From Gammaproteobacteria bacterium (lineage in GTDB: Bacteria; Pseudomonadota; Gammaproteobacteria; JAADGQ01), in assembly GCA_015490755.1 (NCBI GenBank), contig WFXF01000041.1:64002-128001 (forward strand): a DNA stretch of 64,000 bases. The letters are read 5' to 3'. The notes beneath the pieces were generated by a model. That model was not told where the DNA came from and did not search any database. It saw nothing but the letters and a program-made list of their open reading frames with translations. This document shows positions 1 to 11,795 of the stretch, piece by piece; positions within the stretch are counted from its first letter, which is position 1, and every line of letters begins with the position of its first letter. A program made the position numbers and the translations under genes.

Positions 1-46
1 TATGATCCCACCTTCAGCAGAATCGGTGGTTTTTATTAAGCCATGA
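1..46 (+). CDS. ftsL: Cell division protein FtsL, 3' end only (partial)
   Basis: Frame from nt 2 reads MIPPSAESVVFIKP*; its TGA overlaps the ftsI ATG (ATGA); canonical position upstream of ftsI. Confidence 0.7.
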   Translation, partial: MIPPSAESVVFIKP

Positions 47-1791
47 ATGTGAGCAGAAAAAAAATAAGAGTCCAACCTATTATTCAGCAGCGACGAATAT
101 TGTTGCTCGTTATATTAGGTGTTTTTGCTATTGCGTTAATGGGGCGGGCAGCTTATTTACAGATTCTTAATAAAGAGTTTTATCAGGGAAAGGCCAAAAA
201 CCATTCAAGCACAGTCATCATTGCATCTCATCGTGGAATGATTACTGATCGCTTTGGTGAACCATTGGCCGTGAGTACTCCGGTCTACTCTGTCTGGATG
301 AATCCTCAGAAGCTTGATGCCGACTCCAGACAACTCCCTCATTTGGCGCATATATTGGATATTAAAGTATCCAGAATTCATCAGTTACTAAAAAAATATG
401 AAAACAGCTCCTTTGTTTATTTAAAGCGGCAAATAGAACCGAGTCAGGCTGAATGGGCAAAAAAAATTGGTTTGAATGGTGTTTATATTCAGCGAGAGTA
501 TCGGCGCTATTATCCATCAGCAGATGTTATGGCCCATGTGACAGGTTTTACCGATATTGAAGATCATGGCCTTGAAGGGCTGGAAAAAACTTACGATGCG
601 TTTTTAAGCGGTACAAATGGCAAAGAGCGTGTATTAAGGGATAGTCGGCGCCGAGCGATTGAAAAAATTGATCGTATGCAAGAGCCTGTTCCAGGTAAAG
701 ATTTAAAGCTGAGTATTGATCGTCGTCTGCAGTACCTGGCCTATCGAGAGTTGAAAATTGCCATAGATAAACATAAAGCATTATCAGGGTCAGTTGTCAT
801 GCTGGATGTTAAATCGGGCGAAGTGCTGGCAATGGTGAACTCTCCCTCTTATAACCCGAATGATTGGTCTTCCCGTAAAGGGAGCTCTTTACGTAATCGC
901 GCGGTGACGGATATTTTTGAGCCCGGTTCCACAATCAAGCCTTTTGTGGTGGCAGCTGCTCTGGATACTGGACGCTATTCACCAGAGACAGAGATTAATA
1001 CGGCTCCCGGTTATTTTAGAGTCAATGCACACTTGACGGTGCGAGATATAAAAAACTACGGTTTGATTGATGTCAGCACGATCATTAGTAAATCAAGCAA
1101 TATTGGAATGAGTAAAATTGCCTTGTCACTGGAGTCTGATCTGTTATGGCAGACTTTTTCTGATGTCGGTTTAGGCATGATTACTGGCAGTGGCTTCCCT
1201 GGTGAGGCGGATGGTCGGTTGAGTTATCCCGGGCGCTGGCATGAAGCGGAACGTGCGACTTTATCATTTGGTTACGGATTGTCATTGACTCCATTACAGT
1301 TGGCACGCGCCTATTCTGTGTTGGCTGATGATGGTTTGATTAAGCCTGTATCATTTACTGTAATTGATGAAACACCGGTGAGTGAGCGTGTATTTCAGGC
1401 AGAAACAGCTGCACGGTTGCGGACTATGATGGAAAAGGTTGTGGCTGATGGCGGAACTGCAACACGCGCACAAATTCCCGGGTATCGCATTGCAGGTAAA
1501 ACAGGGACGGTTAAAAAATCTTCGAGGTCAGGCTATAGCGAGGATAAATATTTATCAATATTTGCAGGAATGGCACCCGCCAGCGATCCGCAGTTAGTTA
1601 TGGTTGTTGTTGTCGATGAACCGCGTGAAAATGGCTATTATGGTGGAGTTGTTGCTGCGCCTGTATTTTCAAAAGTGATGACTGGTGCGCTTCGTTTGAT
1701 GGATATTCCACCGGATCATCTGGAGTCATTGGACGCCCATATGGTGCTGGGTTCTGACGCGCCTGAATCTTCCCTGGCGGGTATGTTATGA
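43..1791 (+). CDS. ftsI: Peptidoglycan D,D-transpeptidase FtsI (PBP3)
   Basis: N-terminal TM, RGxIxDR, EPGSTIK (SxxK), SSN and KTGT motifs; dcw context. Confidence 0.97.
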   Translation: MNVSRKKIRVQPIIQQRRILLLVILGVFAIALMGRAAYLQILNKEFYQGKAKNHSSTVIIASHRGMITDRFGEPLAVSTPVYSVWMNPQKLDADSRQLPHLAHILDIKVSRIHQLLKKYENSSFVYLKRQIEPSQAEWAKKIGLNGVYIQREYRRYYPSADVMAHVTGFTDIEDHGLEGLEKTYDAFLSGTNGKERVLRDSRRRAIEKIDRMQEPVPGKDLKLSIDRRLQYLAYRELKIAIDKHKALSGSVVMLDVKSGEVLAMVNSPSYNPNDWSSRKGSSLRNRAVTDIFEPGSTIKPFVVAAALDTGRYSPETEINTAPGYFRVNAHLTVRDIKNYGLIDVSTIISKSSNIGMSKIALSLESDLLWQTFSDVGLGMITGSGFPGEADGRLSYPGRWHEAERATLSFGYGLSLTPLQLARAYSVLADDGLIKPVSFTVIDETPVSERVFQAETAARLRTMMEKVVADGGTATRAQIPGYRIAGKTGTVKKSSRSGYSEDKYLSIFAGMAPASDPQLVMVVVVDEPRENGYYGGVVAAPVFSKVMTGALRLMDIPPDHLESLDAHMVLGSDAPESSLAGML

Positions 1792-3296
1792 AGCAAAGTA
1801 CCATGAAAAATCTTCAGGATTTACTGGTTGATTGTCCGTCAGTGGAAGCCGTTGATTGTGAGGTTTATGGCATTACAATGGATAGCCGTAATGTTCAACC
1901 AGGTGATCTCTTCCTGGCATGTTCGGGAGTGGCAAGTCAAGGCCACTTTTTTGTTGAGCAGGCTATTCAGTCAGGTGCTGCCGCGATACTTTATGAAACA
2001 CCTGTGCCGTTTGCTATATCAGAAAAAGAGTTGAATGAGTTACCTGTTCCTACAATAGCTTTTCCAAATTTAGGTGAGAGAGCCGGAAAAATTGCCAGCT
2101 GCTTTTATGATCACCCATCAGCAGATATGATCGTGGTAGGAATTACCGGAACCAACGGCAAAACTTCGTGCTGTCATTTTATTGCGGAGGCATTGCATGA
2201 TAGCGGGTTATCTTGTGGTGTAATTGGAACATTGGGTAATGGTCTTTACGGTTCGTTAAAAAGAGCAACACATACAACGCCAGATGCCATCAAGTTGCAG
2301 CAGCTATTGGCGCAGATGCGTGACCAGGGTGCATCGCATGTGATCATGGAGGTGTCATCGCACGGTATACAACAACATCGAATTGCAGGGGTTCAATTTG
2401 ATGTGGCTCTGTTTACTAATTTGAGCCGTGATCATCTTGATTATCACGGTGATCTGGTGAGCTATGCCAATACAAAAAAACGCCTGTTTGTTGTGCCTGG
2501 TTTACGCTTTGCGGTGATTAATGCTGATGATCCAGTAGGGCGAGAATTGCTTCAAGAGTTATCTGAAAAATCGTCGAACAAAGCAAAATGTTTAAGTTAT
2601 GGTTTGTCAGATTGTGAAAGCAGTGTTCAGGGTCATACATTGAAGTTGATCTCTTGTGGATTGACTATGCAAGTGAAAACACTTTGGGGGCAAGGTGAGC
2701 TGAAAAGTTCGTTGCTGGGCCGGTTTAATGCCAGCAACTTGTTAGCTGTTCTAACGGTCTTGTTATCACTGAATATTTCCCTTGCTGATGCAATTTGCCG
2801 TTTGGCCTATCTGAAAGCTGTACCCGGGCGTATGGAGTCTTTGGGTGGTGAGCAGGGGTTACCATTAGTTGTAGTCGATTTTGCACATACTCCAGATGCT
2901 TTGATGCAGGTATTACAAGCATTGAGATTACATTGCGATGGGGCTCTTTGGTGTGTATTTGGTTGTGGTGGTGATCGGGATTCTGGCAAGCGATCCGAGA
3001 TGGGAGCGATTGCGCAGCAGTATGCGGATCAAATTGTGATCACTAATGATAATCCGCGTTTTGAATCGCCAGAAGCGATTGTTGAAAATATTTTGCAGGG
3101 AGTGCAAACCGCTGAACAGGTAAAAGTAATCAGTGATCGTGCTGAGGCGATTCGTTATGCCATAAGCCATGCCGCTGCTAATGATACGGTGTTGGTTGCC
3201 GGAAAAGGGCATGAAAACTACCAGATTGTTAATGGTGAAACCATACCATTTAGTGACCGCGAACAAGTGATTTCAGCACTAAAGGAGGCCGCGTGA
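1788..3296 (+). CDS. murE: UDP-MurNAc-tripeptide synthetase MurE (meso-DAP)
   Basis: GITGTNGKTS, HTTPD, DFAHTPD and DNPR motifs. Confidence 0.97.
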   Translation: MKQSTMKNLQDLLVDCPSVEAVDCEVYGITMDSRNVQPGDLFLACSGVASQGHFFVEQAIQSGAAAILYETPVPFAISEKELNELPVPTIAFPNLGERAGKIASCFYDHPSADMIVVGITGTNGKTSCCHFIAEALHDSGLSCGVIGTLGNGLYGSLKRATHTTPDAIKLQQLLAQMRDQGASHVIMEVSSHGIQQHRIAGVQFDVALFTNLSRDHLDYHGDLVSYANTKKRLFVVPGLRFAVINADDPVGRELLQELSEKSSNKAKCLSYGLSDCESSVQGHTLKLISCGLTMQVKTLWGQGELKSSLLGRFNASNLLAVLTVLLSLNISLADAICRLAYLKAVPGRMESLGGEQGLPLVVVDFAHTPDALMQVLQALRLHCDGALWCVFGCGGDRDSGKRSEMGAIAQQYADQIVITNDNPRFESPEAIVENILQGVQTAEQVKVISDRAEAIRYAISHAAANDTVLVAGKGHENYQIVNGETIPFSDREQVISALKEAA

Positions 3297-4669
3297 TGAA
3301 TATGTATTTATCAGACGTTGCTCACGCTGTTGATGGTATGTTGATTGGGGATGATTGCTTGTTTCAGTCTGTGACAACAGATAGTCGTACTCAAGTTTCA
3401 GATAGCTTGTTTGTTGCACTGAGCGGTGAAAATTTTGATGGCCATGATTATATAGAAAAAGCACAAGATAACGGTGCGGTTGCGGCATTGGTATCGCGAC
3501 AAATAGATTGTAATTTACCTCTGGTTGTGGTGCCTGATACCAAAATGGCTTTGGGGAAATTAGCCGCTGCCTGGCGAGCGCGTTTTAAAATACCGTTCAT
3601 CGCTATAACGGGCAGTAATGGCAAAACGACAGTTAAAGAGCTTGTTGCTTCAATTTTACGACAGTGTGGCCCAGTGTTAGCGACAAAAGGGAACTTTAAT
3701 AATGACATAGGCGTGCCTTTGACGCTGTTATCATTGCGTCATGAAGATCAATTTGCTGTTGTTGAAATGGGGGCTAATCATTCAGGCGAAATCGCTTATT
3801 TAAGTCATTTGGCTCAGCCTGCTGTGGCGGTTCTTAATAATGCAGCGCCTGCGCATCTCGAAGGTTTTAAAACGGTCGAGGATGTAGCAGAGGCTAAGGG
3901 TGAAATTATTGATGGATTAAGTGTCGATGGAATCGCTATTTTGAATGCAGATGATCCATTTTATAAAGCCTGGTGCAGGCGGGCGGGTGTACGACGCTGG
4001 ATCAGTTTTGGTTTGAGTGGCTCAGCCGATGTTCATGCCTATATCGATGACGGCTCTTTAAGTGACGGACTTCAAACAACAAGCTTTCGCATGACAACCC
4101 CGGCAGGGAGTATCCTGATTCATTTGCCATTGCCGGGTTTGCATAATGTTAAGAATGCCCTGGCTGCGACGGCGGCATGTCTGGCAGTCGGCATTGATTT
4201 GGCTGTGATCAAAAAAGGGCTGGAAAGTGTCGATGCGGTTGAAGGGCGTTTGAATATTAAAGAGTGCGGCCATGGTTTAACGGTGATTGATGACTCTTAC
4301 AATGCAAACCCTGCGTCGGTTCAAGCCGCATTATTGTTATTGTCGAAGCAGGTTGGAAAACAGCGTGTATTGGTTTTGGGTGATATGGCTGAGCTCGGTG
4401 ACACAGCAAAAAAATTACATCAGAAAATTGGAGTTCAAGCCCGTGAGTCAGGTATTGATTTTCTGTATGCAACAGGAAAGTTGAGCTACTCAACCGTAGA
4501 GGGATTTGGTAAAAATGGATTTTATTTTGAAAATAAAGAGCAGTTACTTAAACAGTTACAAGCTGATTTGAGCCATAAATTAAAATCAGATGTGATTGTA
4601 TTGGTAAAAGCTTCACGTAGTAGTCGTCTGGAGACAGTTGTCCAGGCTCTGCACAAAGGAGCGATATAA
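3293..4669 (+). CDS. murF: UDP-MurNAc-pentapeptide synthetase MurF
   Basis: [26 protein letters not shown] and LGDMAELG motifs. Confidence 0.97.
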   Translation: MMNMYLSDVAHAVDGMLIGDDCLFQSVTTDSRTQVSDSLFVALSGENFDGHDYIEKAQDNGAVAALVSRQIDCNLPLVVVPDTKMALGKLAAAWRARFKIPFIAITGSNGKTTVKELVASILRQCGPVLATKGNFNNDIGVPLTLLSLRHEDQFAVVEMGANHSGEIAYLSHLAQPAVAVLNNAAPAHLEGFKTVEDVAEAKGEIIDGLSVDGIAILNADDPFYKAWCRRAGVRRWISFGLSGSADVHAYIDDGSLSDGLQTTSFRMTTPAGSILIHLPLPGLHNVKNALAATAACLAVGIDLAVIKKGLESVDAVEGRLNIKECGHGLTVIDDSYNANPASVQAALLLLSKQVGKQRVLVLGDMAELGDTAKKLHQKIGVQARESGIDFLYATGKLSYSTVEGFGKNGFYFENKEQLLKQLQADLSHKLKSDVIVLVKASRSSRLETVVQALHKGAI

Positions 4670-4673
4670 CAGT

Positions 4674-5759
4674 ATGTTGTTATACCTGACAGAATATTTG
4701 ACACAGTTTCATAGTGGTTTCAGTGTTTTCCAATACCTGACGCTGCGTGGAATTCTGGGTGTGCTGACGGCCTTGATTATTTCATTCATCGTGGGTCCCT
4801 ATATGATTCGAAAGCTAAGCTTTCATCAAATTGGCCAAAATATACGTGACGATGGTCCTGAGAGTCATTTCAGTAAAGCGGGCACTCCAACGATGGGTGG
4901 GGCGCTGATTATTGTGACGATCGCAATCAGTACACTTTTATGGTCGGATCTCAGTAATCGATTTGTCTGGCTTGTGCTGGTGACAACGTTACTGTTTGGA
5001 ATAATCGGTGCGGTGGATGATTATAAAAAACTGGTTTATGGAAACAGTAAGGGACTCTCTGTCGCGCAGAAATATTTATGGCAGTCCATCGCAGCATTAG
5101 GGGTGGCGACCTTTATGTATTTCACTGCTTCGAGTCCTGCTGAAACAACGCTGATTATTCCATTTTTCAAGGACTTTGCTTTTGAGTTGGGAATGGTCGG
5201 TTTTATTGTATTGTCTTACTTTGTCATCGTTGGCACCAGCAACGCGGTGAATTTGACCGATGGACTGGATGGATTGGCTATTTTACCGACAGTCATGGTG
5301 TGTGTGGCGCTCGGGATTTTTGCTTATGTGACGGGGCATATCAAATTTGCGGAATATCTGGGGATTCCCTATATCCGAGGTGTGGGTGAGGTGGTTGTTT
5401 TTTGCGGGGCATTGGCTGGTGCCGGGCTGGGTTTTCTCTGGTTTAATGCTTATCCTGCTCAGGTATTTATGGGGGATGTGGGTGCGCTTGGTCTGGGTGC
5501 GGGTTTAGGCGTTTTGGCGATCGCTGTCAGGCAGGAGTTGGTTCTGTTTATTATGGGAGGCATATTTGTGATGGAGGCTGTTTCAGTCATATTGCAAGTG
5601 GCTTCTTATAAATTGACCGGTAAGCGTATTTTTCGCATGGCGCCATTACACCATCACTATGAGTTGAAAGGTTGGCCCGAGCCACGTGTGATTGTACGTT
5701 TCTGGATTATCACTGTGATACTGGTTTTAATCGGTCTATCGACACTGAAGTTGCGTTAA
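4674..5759 (+). CDS. mraY: Phospho-MurNAc-pentapeptide transferase MraY
   Basis: [27 protein letters not shown] and MAPLHHHYE motifs; start moved to ATG 4674 (MLLYL). Confidence 0.97.
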   Translation: MLLYLTEYLTQFHSGFSVFQYLTLRGILGVLTALIISFIVGPYMIRKLSFHQIGQNIRDDGPESHFSKAGTPTMGGALIIVTIAISTLLWSDLSNRFVWLVLVTTLLFGIIGAVDDYKKLVYGNSKGLSVAQKYLWQSIAALGVATFMYFTASSPAETTLIIPFFKDFAFELGMVGFIVLSYFVIVGTSNAVNLTDGLDGLAILPTVMVCVALGIFAYVTGHIKFAEYLGIPYIRGVGEVVVFCGALAGAGLGFLWFNAYPAQVFMGDVGALGLGAGLGVLAIAVRQELVLFIMGGIFVMEAVSVILQVASYKLTGKRIFRMAPLHHHYELKGWPEPRVIVRFWIITVILVLIGLSTLKLR

Positions 5760-5761
5760 TT

Positions 5762-7174
5762 ATGATGAATCATCAATCACAAAAAACAATCATTAAAGCT
5801 TCACAAATAAAGGCTATGCCTTTGCCTGAGTCAGCTGTTGTGATCGGATTGGGGAAAACAGGTTTGTCGTGTGCCCGTTTTCTTGAACAGTCAGGTGTAC
5901 ATGTGACTGTAGTGGATAGTCGCAATGAACCACCATGTTTGATTGAACTGCAAGAGCGGGTTCCTGGGGTTGATATCTGTGTAGGTGGTTTTGATAAAGC
6001 TCTGTTTTGTACAGCAGAATTGCTTGTTGTTAGCCCGGGTGTGGCACTGGGTACACCAGAAATTCGTGAAGCTATAGATTTTGGTGTGCCGGTTATTGGT
6101 GATATCGAGCTGTTTGCCCGATATGCAACAGCTCCTATAATTGCAATTACAGGATCGAATGGTAAAAGCAGTGTAACGACACTGGTTGGAGAGATGTTCA
6201 AGCAAGCTAATCGTACCGCTATTTTGGGTGGTAATTTAGGTATACCTGTGCTGGATCTGTTCGAACAGGATAAACCCGACTGTTATGTGCTTGAGCTTTC
6301 CAGTTTTCAACTGGAGACAACATTTTCACTGAATCCTGCGGCAGCGGTCATTTTAAATGTTAGTTCGGATCATATGGATCGCTATGATAATGAAGAGGAT
6401 TACTTGGCTGCAAAACAACGAATTTATCAGGGTGATGGTGTGGTCGTGATCAATGCCGACGAGCCTTGCTTGCAGCAAGATATTGATCCAGCACGTAAGC
6501 AGGTACGATTTGGTTTAAAACAATTTGTGCGAGCAGATGATGATTTTGGTGTGGAGCAATATCAGCAGCAGTTGTGGTTGATGAAAGGAGCAAAGCATTT
6601 ATTGCCCGTTTCTGATTTACCTCTACAAAGTAAACATAATCTTTTAAACTCAATGGCTGCACTGGCATTGGGTTCTGTGCTTGAGCTCCCTATGCCTGCA
6701 ATGCTTGAAGCATTGCGTAACTTTAAAGGATTGGCACATAGAACTCAGTGGATTGCAGAAAAAGAGGGTGTGACCTGGGTTAATGACTCCAAAGGCACTA
6801 ATGTTGGCGCTACACTTGCAGCACTTGATGGAATGTCAGGCAAGGTTGTTCTGGTTGCAGGGGGAGTTGGCAAAGGTGCTGATTTTTCACCCTTACGTGA
6901 AATTGTATCGACAAAAGTACGAGGTGTTGTCTTGATTGGGCAAGATGCCCTCTTGATTGCAGATGCCCTTGCCGGTTGTACAGCGATTGAATATTCCGAT
7001 TCAATAGAAAATGCGGTGTTATGTGCAAGTCAAATTGCGGAGCGTGGCGATACGGTTCTGTTTTCTCCTGCATGTGCCAGCTTTGATATGTTTAGTGGTT
7101 ATGAAGCGCGTGGTGAATGTTTTAAAGAAGCTGTTGAAAATTTTCTGAAAATTGATTCAGGGGATGTTACATGA
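5762..7174 (+). CDS. murD: UDP-MurNAc-L-Ala:D-Glu ligase MurD
   Basis: GLGKTG, ITGSNGKSSVT, NDSKGTN and SPACASFD motifs; start uncertain (5762 or later). Confidence 0.96.
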   Translation: MMNHQSQKTIIKASQIKAMPLPESAVVIGLGKTGLSCARFLEQSGVHVTVVDSRNEPPCLIELQERVPGVDICVGGFDKALFCTAELLVVSPGVALGTPEIREAIDFGVPVIGDIELFARYATAPIIAITGSNGKSSVTTLVGEMFKQANRTAILGGNLGIPVLDLFEQDKPDCYVLELSSFQLETTFSLNPAAAVILNVSSDHMDRYDNEEDYLAAKQRIYQGDGVVVINADEPCLQQDIDPARKQVRFGLKQFVRADDDFGVEQYQQQLWLMKGAKHLLPVSDLPLQSKHNLLNSMAALALGSVLELPMPAMLEALRNFKGLAHRTQWIAEKEGVTWVNDSKGTNVGATLAALDGMSGKVVLVAGGVGKGADFSPLREIVSTKVRGVVLIGQDALLIADALAGCTAIEYSDSIENAVLCASQIAERGDTVLFSPACASFDMFSGYEARGECFKEAVENFLKIDSGDVT

Positions 7175-8328
7175 ATGCTGTCAGTATGGTGGATTCACGT
7201 TTATCTCAGCCTCTGGACTATGGGTTATTGCTCAGTATGTTGTTTTTGTTGGGGCTGGGTATTGTTATGGTGGCTTCAACCTCTATGGGAATCAGTGAGA
7301 GCAAGTTTGGCGAGCCATTCCATTATTTATCGCGCCAACTGTTATTTGTAGTTGTGGGTGTTTTTTTTGCTATCGCTGTTTTTAAACTTCCATTGCAACT
7401 TTGGCAGCATATTGGGTTTGTACTGCTATTGATTAGTGTTGCTTTATTGATTGCGGTATTGATTCCTGATGTAGGGAAAACGGTGAATGGTAGTTCACGC
7501 TGGTTGCCAATGGGGCCTTTTAATTTTCAAGTGTCAGAATTTGTAAAACTTGTTGTGCCTATCTATATGGCTGGTTATTTAGTGAGGCATGCTGAAGAGG
7601 TGAGGGGGTCATTTTCTGGTTTTTTGAAACCGATGGCTATTCTTTCTGTTTTTGGTGTGTTGTTGTTATTAGAGCCTGACTTTGGGGCGACAGTCATTAT
7701 CCTGACAACAGCTCTGGGGATGTTGTTTTTATCAGGGGTGCGTTTTGGTCAATTCTTTTTGTTGCTTGTATTGATTGCTGCAGCTATGGCTATGTTAGCT
7801 ATTTTTTCGCCTTACCGCTGGGAGCGATTGACAACTTTTCTTAATCCGTGGGCAGATCCCTTTGATAGTGGTTTTCAGTTAACCCAGGCCTTGATTGCTT
7901 TTGGTCAAGGCGAGTGGTTTGGAGTCGGGCTGGGTGGCGGTGTTCAAAAATTGTTTTATTTGCCGGAAGCGCACACTGACTTTTTATATGCAACACTGGC
8001 CGAAGAGCTGGGGCTTATGGGGTCACTTCTGGTTATTTTGTTATTTGGTTTTATCGTTTGGCGTGCTTTTGATATTGGTCAACGAGCGCTGCGAATAAAA
8101 AAGGTATTTGAGGCTCATTTGGCACATGGTCTGGGGTTGTGGTTTGGCTTGCAGGCTTTTGTGAATCTGGGTGTGAATATGGGAATGTTGCCCACCAAGG
8201 GTTTGACTTTGCCATTGATGAGTTATGGTGGCAGTAGTTTGATTGTGACCTGTATTGCAGCGGCACTTTTGTTACGTATTGATTACGAAGTGCGTGGTCA
8301 TGTGAAAAAGCAGGAGCAGTCGGGATGA
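7171..8328 (+). CDS. ftsW: SEDS peptidoglycan polymerase FtsW
   Basis: Multi-TM; LEPDFG, YLPEAHTDF and PLMSYGGSS motifs. Confidence 0.97.
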   Translation: MNAVSMVDSRLSQPLDYGLLLSMLFLLGLGIVMVASTSMGISESKFGEPFHYLSRQLLFVVVGVFFAIAVFKLPLQLWQHIGFVLLLISVALLIAVLIPDVGKTVNGSSRWLPMGPFNFQVSEFVKLVVPIYMAGYLVRHAEEVRGSFSGFLKPMAILSVFGVLLLLEPDFGATVIILTTALGMLFLSGVRFGQFFLLLVLIAAAMAMLAIFSPYRWERLTTFLNPWADPFDSGFQLTQALIAFGQGEWFGVGLGGGVQKLFYLPEAHTDFLYATLAEELGLMGSLLVILLFGFIVWRAFDIGQRALRIKKVFEAHLAHGLGLWFGLQAFVNLGVNMGMLPTKGLTLPLMSYGGSSLIVTCIAAALLLRIDYEVRGHVKKQEQSG

Positions 8329-9461
8329 ATGCATCAGCGCTTAAAAATTATACACCGATGCGTATTATGGTCATGGCAGGTGGCACTGGCGGGCATGTTT
8401 TTCCTGCGCTAGCGGTTGCAAATGAGTTGCGTACTCAAGGCGCTGAAATAATCTGGATGGGTACACGCTCAGGTTTGGAAGCGCAGATTGTGCCTAAAGC
8501 AGGTATTCAAATTGAATGGGTCACTATTTCCGGTTTACGTGGTAAAGGGCTGTTCAGTCTGTTATTGGCACCATTTCGGTTATTAGTTGCACTGTATCAG
8601 GCTTTGAATATTTTGATGCGACACCGTCCGATGGTTGTATTGGGGATGGGTGGTTTTGTTGCAGGGCCGGGTGGGTTGATGACCTGGTTATTGCGTAAGC
8701 CTCTGTTGATTCATGAGCAGAATGCGGTGGCAGGAGTGACGAATCGTCTCTTGGCGCGCGTGGCAACAAAGGTGGTCACTGCGTTTCCTGCTGTGTTGCC
8801 CAAAGCTGTGCATTTGGGTAACCCGGTTCGTAAAGAGATTGCCTGTTTGCCTAAACCCGGTGAACGTTTTGAAAATCGTCAAGGTGCATTACGTCTATTG
8901 GTGATAGGGGGGAGTCTGGGAGCGGCTGTTTTTAATGAAGTGGTTCCAGCTGCTTTAGCGCAGTTGGCTCAAAAGCAGGGCAAAGATATTCCGCCGATTG
9001 ATGTCTGGCATCAAGCCGGATCACGTAACATTGAAGAGGCCGAATCACAGTATCGTAAAATGAATGTCGAAGGTCGTGTCGAACCTTTTATTGATGATAT
9101 GGCTGCGGCCTATGCATGGGCAGATGTTGTTTTATGCCGAGCGGGGGCATTGACAGTTTCTGAGCTGGCAGCAGCCGGTGTTGCATCTATTCTTGTGCCT
9201 TATCCTTATGCGGTTGATGACCATCAAACACACAATGCAAATTATCTGGTGTCAGCCGGAGGTGGCAAATTATTGCCGCAAAATCAATTGAACGTAGAGA
9301 GCTTGAGTCAATTAATTGGCACTTTGAGTCGAATTGAGTTGCTTGAAATGGCCCAGGCGGCACGGAGCGAGGCAAAACCTGATGCAACTCAATTGGTTGC
9401 ATCGTTATGTCGAGAGCTTGCAGAAGAGGGTATCGGAAGCAGTCAGGGAGAGGTTCAATGA
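8325..9461 (+). CDS. murG: Lipid II GlcNAc transferase MurG
   Basis: [20 protein letters not shown] and RAGALT motifs. Confidence 0.97.
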   Translation: MNASALKNYTPMRIMVMAGGTGGHVFPALAVANELRTQGAEIIWMGTRSGLEAQIVPKAGIQIEWVTISGLRGKGLFSLLLAPFRLLVALYQALNILMRHRPMVVLGMGGFVAGPGGLMTWLLRKPLLIHEQNAVAGVTNRLLARVATKVVTAFPAVLPKAVHLGNPVRKEIACLPKPGERFENRQGALRLLVIGGSLGAAVFNEVVPAALAQLAQKQGKDIPPIDVWHQAGSRNIEEAESQYRKMNVEGRVEPFIDDMAAAYAWADVVLCRAGALTVSELAAAGVASILVPYPYAVDDHQTHNANYLVSAGGGKLLPQNQLNVESLSQLIGTLSRIELLEMAQAARSEAKPDATQLVASLCRELAEEGIGSSQGEVQ

Positions 9462-10891
9462 TCAGGGAAAAACATGCACAGCAAAAAATCATTTTAGAGC
9501 CGATGCGACGTATCAGGCGCATTCATTTTGTCGGCATTGGTGGTGTCGGCATGGGGGGAATTGCTGAAGTTTTGCTGAATTTGGGTTATGAAGTTTCGGG
9601 TTCAGATATTCAGCAAGGAGCTATGACAAAGCGTTTGGATGATTTAGGTGCTAGAATTTTTATTGGGCATCAAGCTGAAGCTGTTTCCGGGAGTGATGCT
9701 GTTGTTGTATCAACAGCAGTAAGTCAGGAAAACCCTGAATTAATCGCTGCGAATGAACAGCGCATTCCTGTCGTGCCACGAGCTGAAATGCTTGCAGAGC
9801 TGATGCGTTTTCGTTATGGCATTGCAGTGGCAGGAACACATGGCAAAACAACAACGACAAGTCTGATCGCGACTGTTCTGGCTGAAGGTGGGTTAGATCC
9901 CACTTATGTTATTGGAGGCAAGCTCAATAGTGCGGGCAGGCATGCTCAGTTAGGTGCTGGGCGGTATCTGGTTGCTGAAGCAGATGAGAGCGATGCTTCA
10001 TTTCTCTATTTGCAGCCTATGTTGGCGGTAGTTACAAATATTGATGCGGATCATATGGGAACGTATGGCGGTGAATTCAGCCGTTTACGGCATGCGTTTA
10101 CTGAGTTTCTGCATCATTTGCCGTTTTATGGATTGGCTGTGATGTGCATTGATGACCCTGTTATTCGTGAGCTATTACCGTCACTGAATCGGCCGTTGTT
10201 AACTTATGGCTTTGATGATAATGCGGATATTCGAGCATTTGATCTGGAGGAACATCAAGGGAAATGTACGTTCAAAGTCACTTTTCCTGATCAAGAGCCA
10301 TTGCTTGATATTACACTGAATATGGCTGGGAAGCATAATGTATTGAATGCACTGGCAGCGATTTCTGTCGCTCATGAGCTGGGGGTCGATGGTTTGGCGA
10401 TTCAAAAATCATTGGCAGATTTTCAGGGTATTGGGCGGCGCATGCAAGTTAATGGTGATATTGAGATTGCACAAGGTCGAGTATTGCACATTGATGATTA
10501 TGGGCATCACCCCAGCGAAATTGAAGCAACTTTGAATGCCGTTAAAAAAGGTTGGCCAGAGCGTCGCGTTGTTGTTGTATTTCAGCCGCATCGTTATACA
10601 CGCACGAGAGATCTGTTTGAAGATTTTGCGAAAGTGCTTTCCGGGACGGATGTTCTGGTTCTTCTGGATATTTATGCGGCAGGTGAGGAGCCTATTTCTG
10701 GAGCAGACGGCCGGGCACTTTCCAGGGCGATTCGTTTACGTGGTCATGTTGATCCAGTTTTTATTGAGAATACCGGCGAGCTGCCGGATGCTTTGAAAGC
10801 GCTGCTTGCTGATGGCGATATTGTTTTGACAATGGGAGCGGGCAATATTGGAGCGGTAGCAGCTACATTGGCACAAGATTTGCTAGGATAG
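9458..10891 (+). CDS. murC: UDP-MurNAc:L-Ala ligase MurC
   Basis: [26 protein letters not shown] and DDYGHHP motifs; start at ATG 9458 overlapping the murG stop. Confidence 0.97.
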   Translation: MIREKHAQQKIILEPMRRIRRIHFVGIGGVGMGGIAEVLLNLGYEVSGSDIQQGAMTKRLDDLGARIFIGHQAEAVSGSDAVVVSTAVSQENPELIAANEQRIPVVPRAEMLAELMRFRYGIAVAGTHGKTTTTSLIATVLAEGGLDPTYVIGGKLNSAGRHAQLGAGRYLVAEADESDASFLYLQPMLAVVTNIDADHMGTYGGEFSRLRHAFTEFLHHLPFYGLAVMCIDDPVIRELLPSLNRPLLTYGFDDNADIRAFDLEEHQGKCTFKVTFPDQEPLLDITLNMAGKHNVLNALAAISVAHELGVDGLAIQKSLADFQGIGRRMQVNGDIEIAQGRVLHIDDYGHHPSEIEATLNAVKKGWPERRVVVVFQPHRYTRTRDLFEDFAKVLSGTDVLVLLDIYAAGEEPISGADGRALSRAIRLRGHVDPVFIENTGELPDALKALLADGDIVLTMGAGNIGAVAATLAQDLLG

Positions 10892-10895
10892 TGTT

Positions 10896-11795
10896 ATGAA
10901 TTCAGCGCAGAGACTACAAGAACAACGAGGCCAGCTTCTAATAGAAGAGCCGATGTCTCGCCATACTTCATGGCGCGTAGGTGGGGTGGCTGAGAATTTT
11001 TATATTCCTGCTGATATCGACGACCTTGTGCTGTTTCTTAAACAGTTGCCCACAGATGAAAATTTATTCTGGTTTGGTTTGGGCAGTAACTTGCTGGTTC
11101 GTGACGGAGGTATTAAAGGTACTGTGATCTGTATGACCGGTGTGCTGAATACAATAAAAAAAATAGATGAGTTGCATATTGAAGCAGGGGCAGGAGCCTC
11201 TTGTGCAAAGTTTGCGCGATTTTGTGTGCAATCCGGATTAACCGGGGCTGAGTTTCTTGCGGGAATACCGGGCACAGTCGGTGGGGCACTGACAATGAAT
11301 GCGGGTGCTTTTGGTGGAGAGATCTGGCCGCTTGTAGAGCAAGTTGAGGTGATTAACCGTTTTGGAAGACGAGTGTGGCGTTCGAGAGATGAGTATCGCT
11401 ACTCTTACCGTCATGTTGATGGCCCTGAAAATGAGTGGTTTGTATCTGTACGGCTCAAATTGAAAGCAGGTGATAGCGTTGCGGCAATGGCACGGATTAA
11501 AAAGTTACTGGAGCAACGTAATGCAGCACAACCGATTGGTTTGCCTAGCTGCGGTTCAGTATTCAGAAATCCTGAGAATGATCATGCGGGGCGGTTGATC
11601 GAGGTATGTGGTTTAAAGGGATATTCGCTGGGTGGTGCAATGGTCTCTGAAAAACACGCAAACTTTATCATCAACAAAGGTAATGCAACTGCGTCAGATA
11701 TAGAGTCGTTAATGAATTTTATCGTCGTCACGGTTGAAAAACAGTGCGGTGTGCGGTTGAAAACAGAAGTGCATATTGTAGGGGTTGCTTCATGA
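10896..11795 (+). CDS. murB: UDP-N-acetylenolpyruvoylglucosamine reductase MurB
   Basis: GLGSNLL, GIPGTVGGA, GSVFRNP and KHANF motifs. Confidence 0.97.
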   Translation: MNSAQRLQEQRGQLLIEEPMSRHTSWRVGGVAENFYIPADIDDLVLFLKQLPTDENLFWFGLGSNLLVRDGGIKGTVICMTGVLNTIKKIDELHIEAGAGASCAKFARFCVQSGLTGAEFLAGIPGTVGGALTMNAGAFGGEIWPLVEQVEVINRFGRRVWRSRDEYRYSYRHVDGPENEWFVSVRLKLKAGDSVAAMARIKKLLEQRNAAQPIGLPSCGSVFRNPENDHAGRLIEVCGLKGYSLGGAMVSEKHANFIINKGNATASDIESLMNFIVVTVEKQCGVRLKTEVHIVGVAS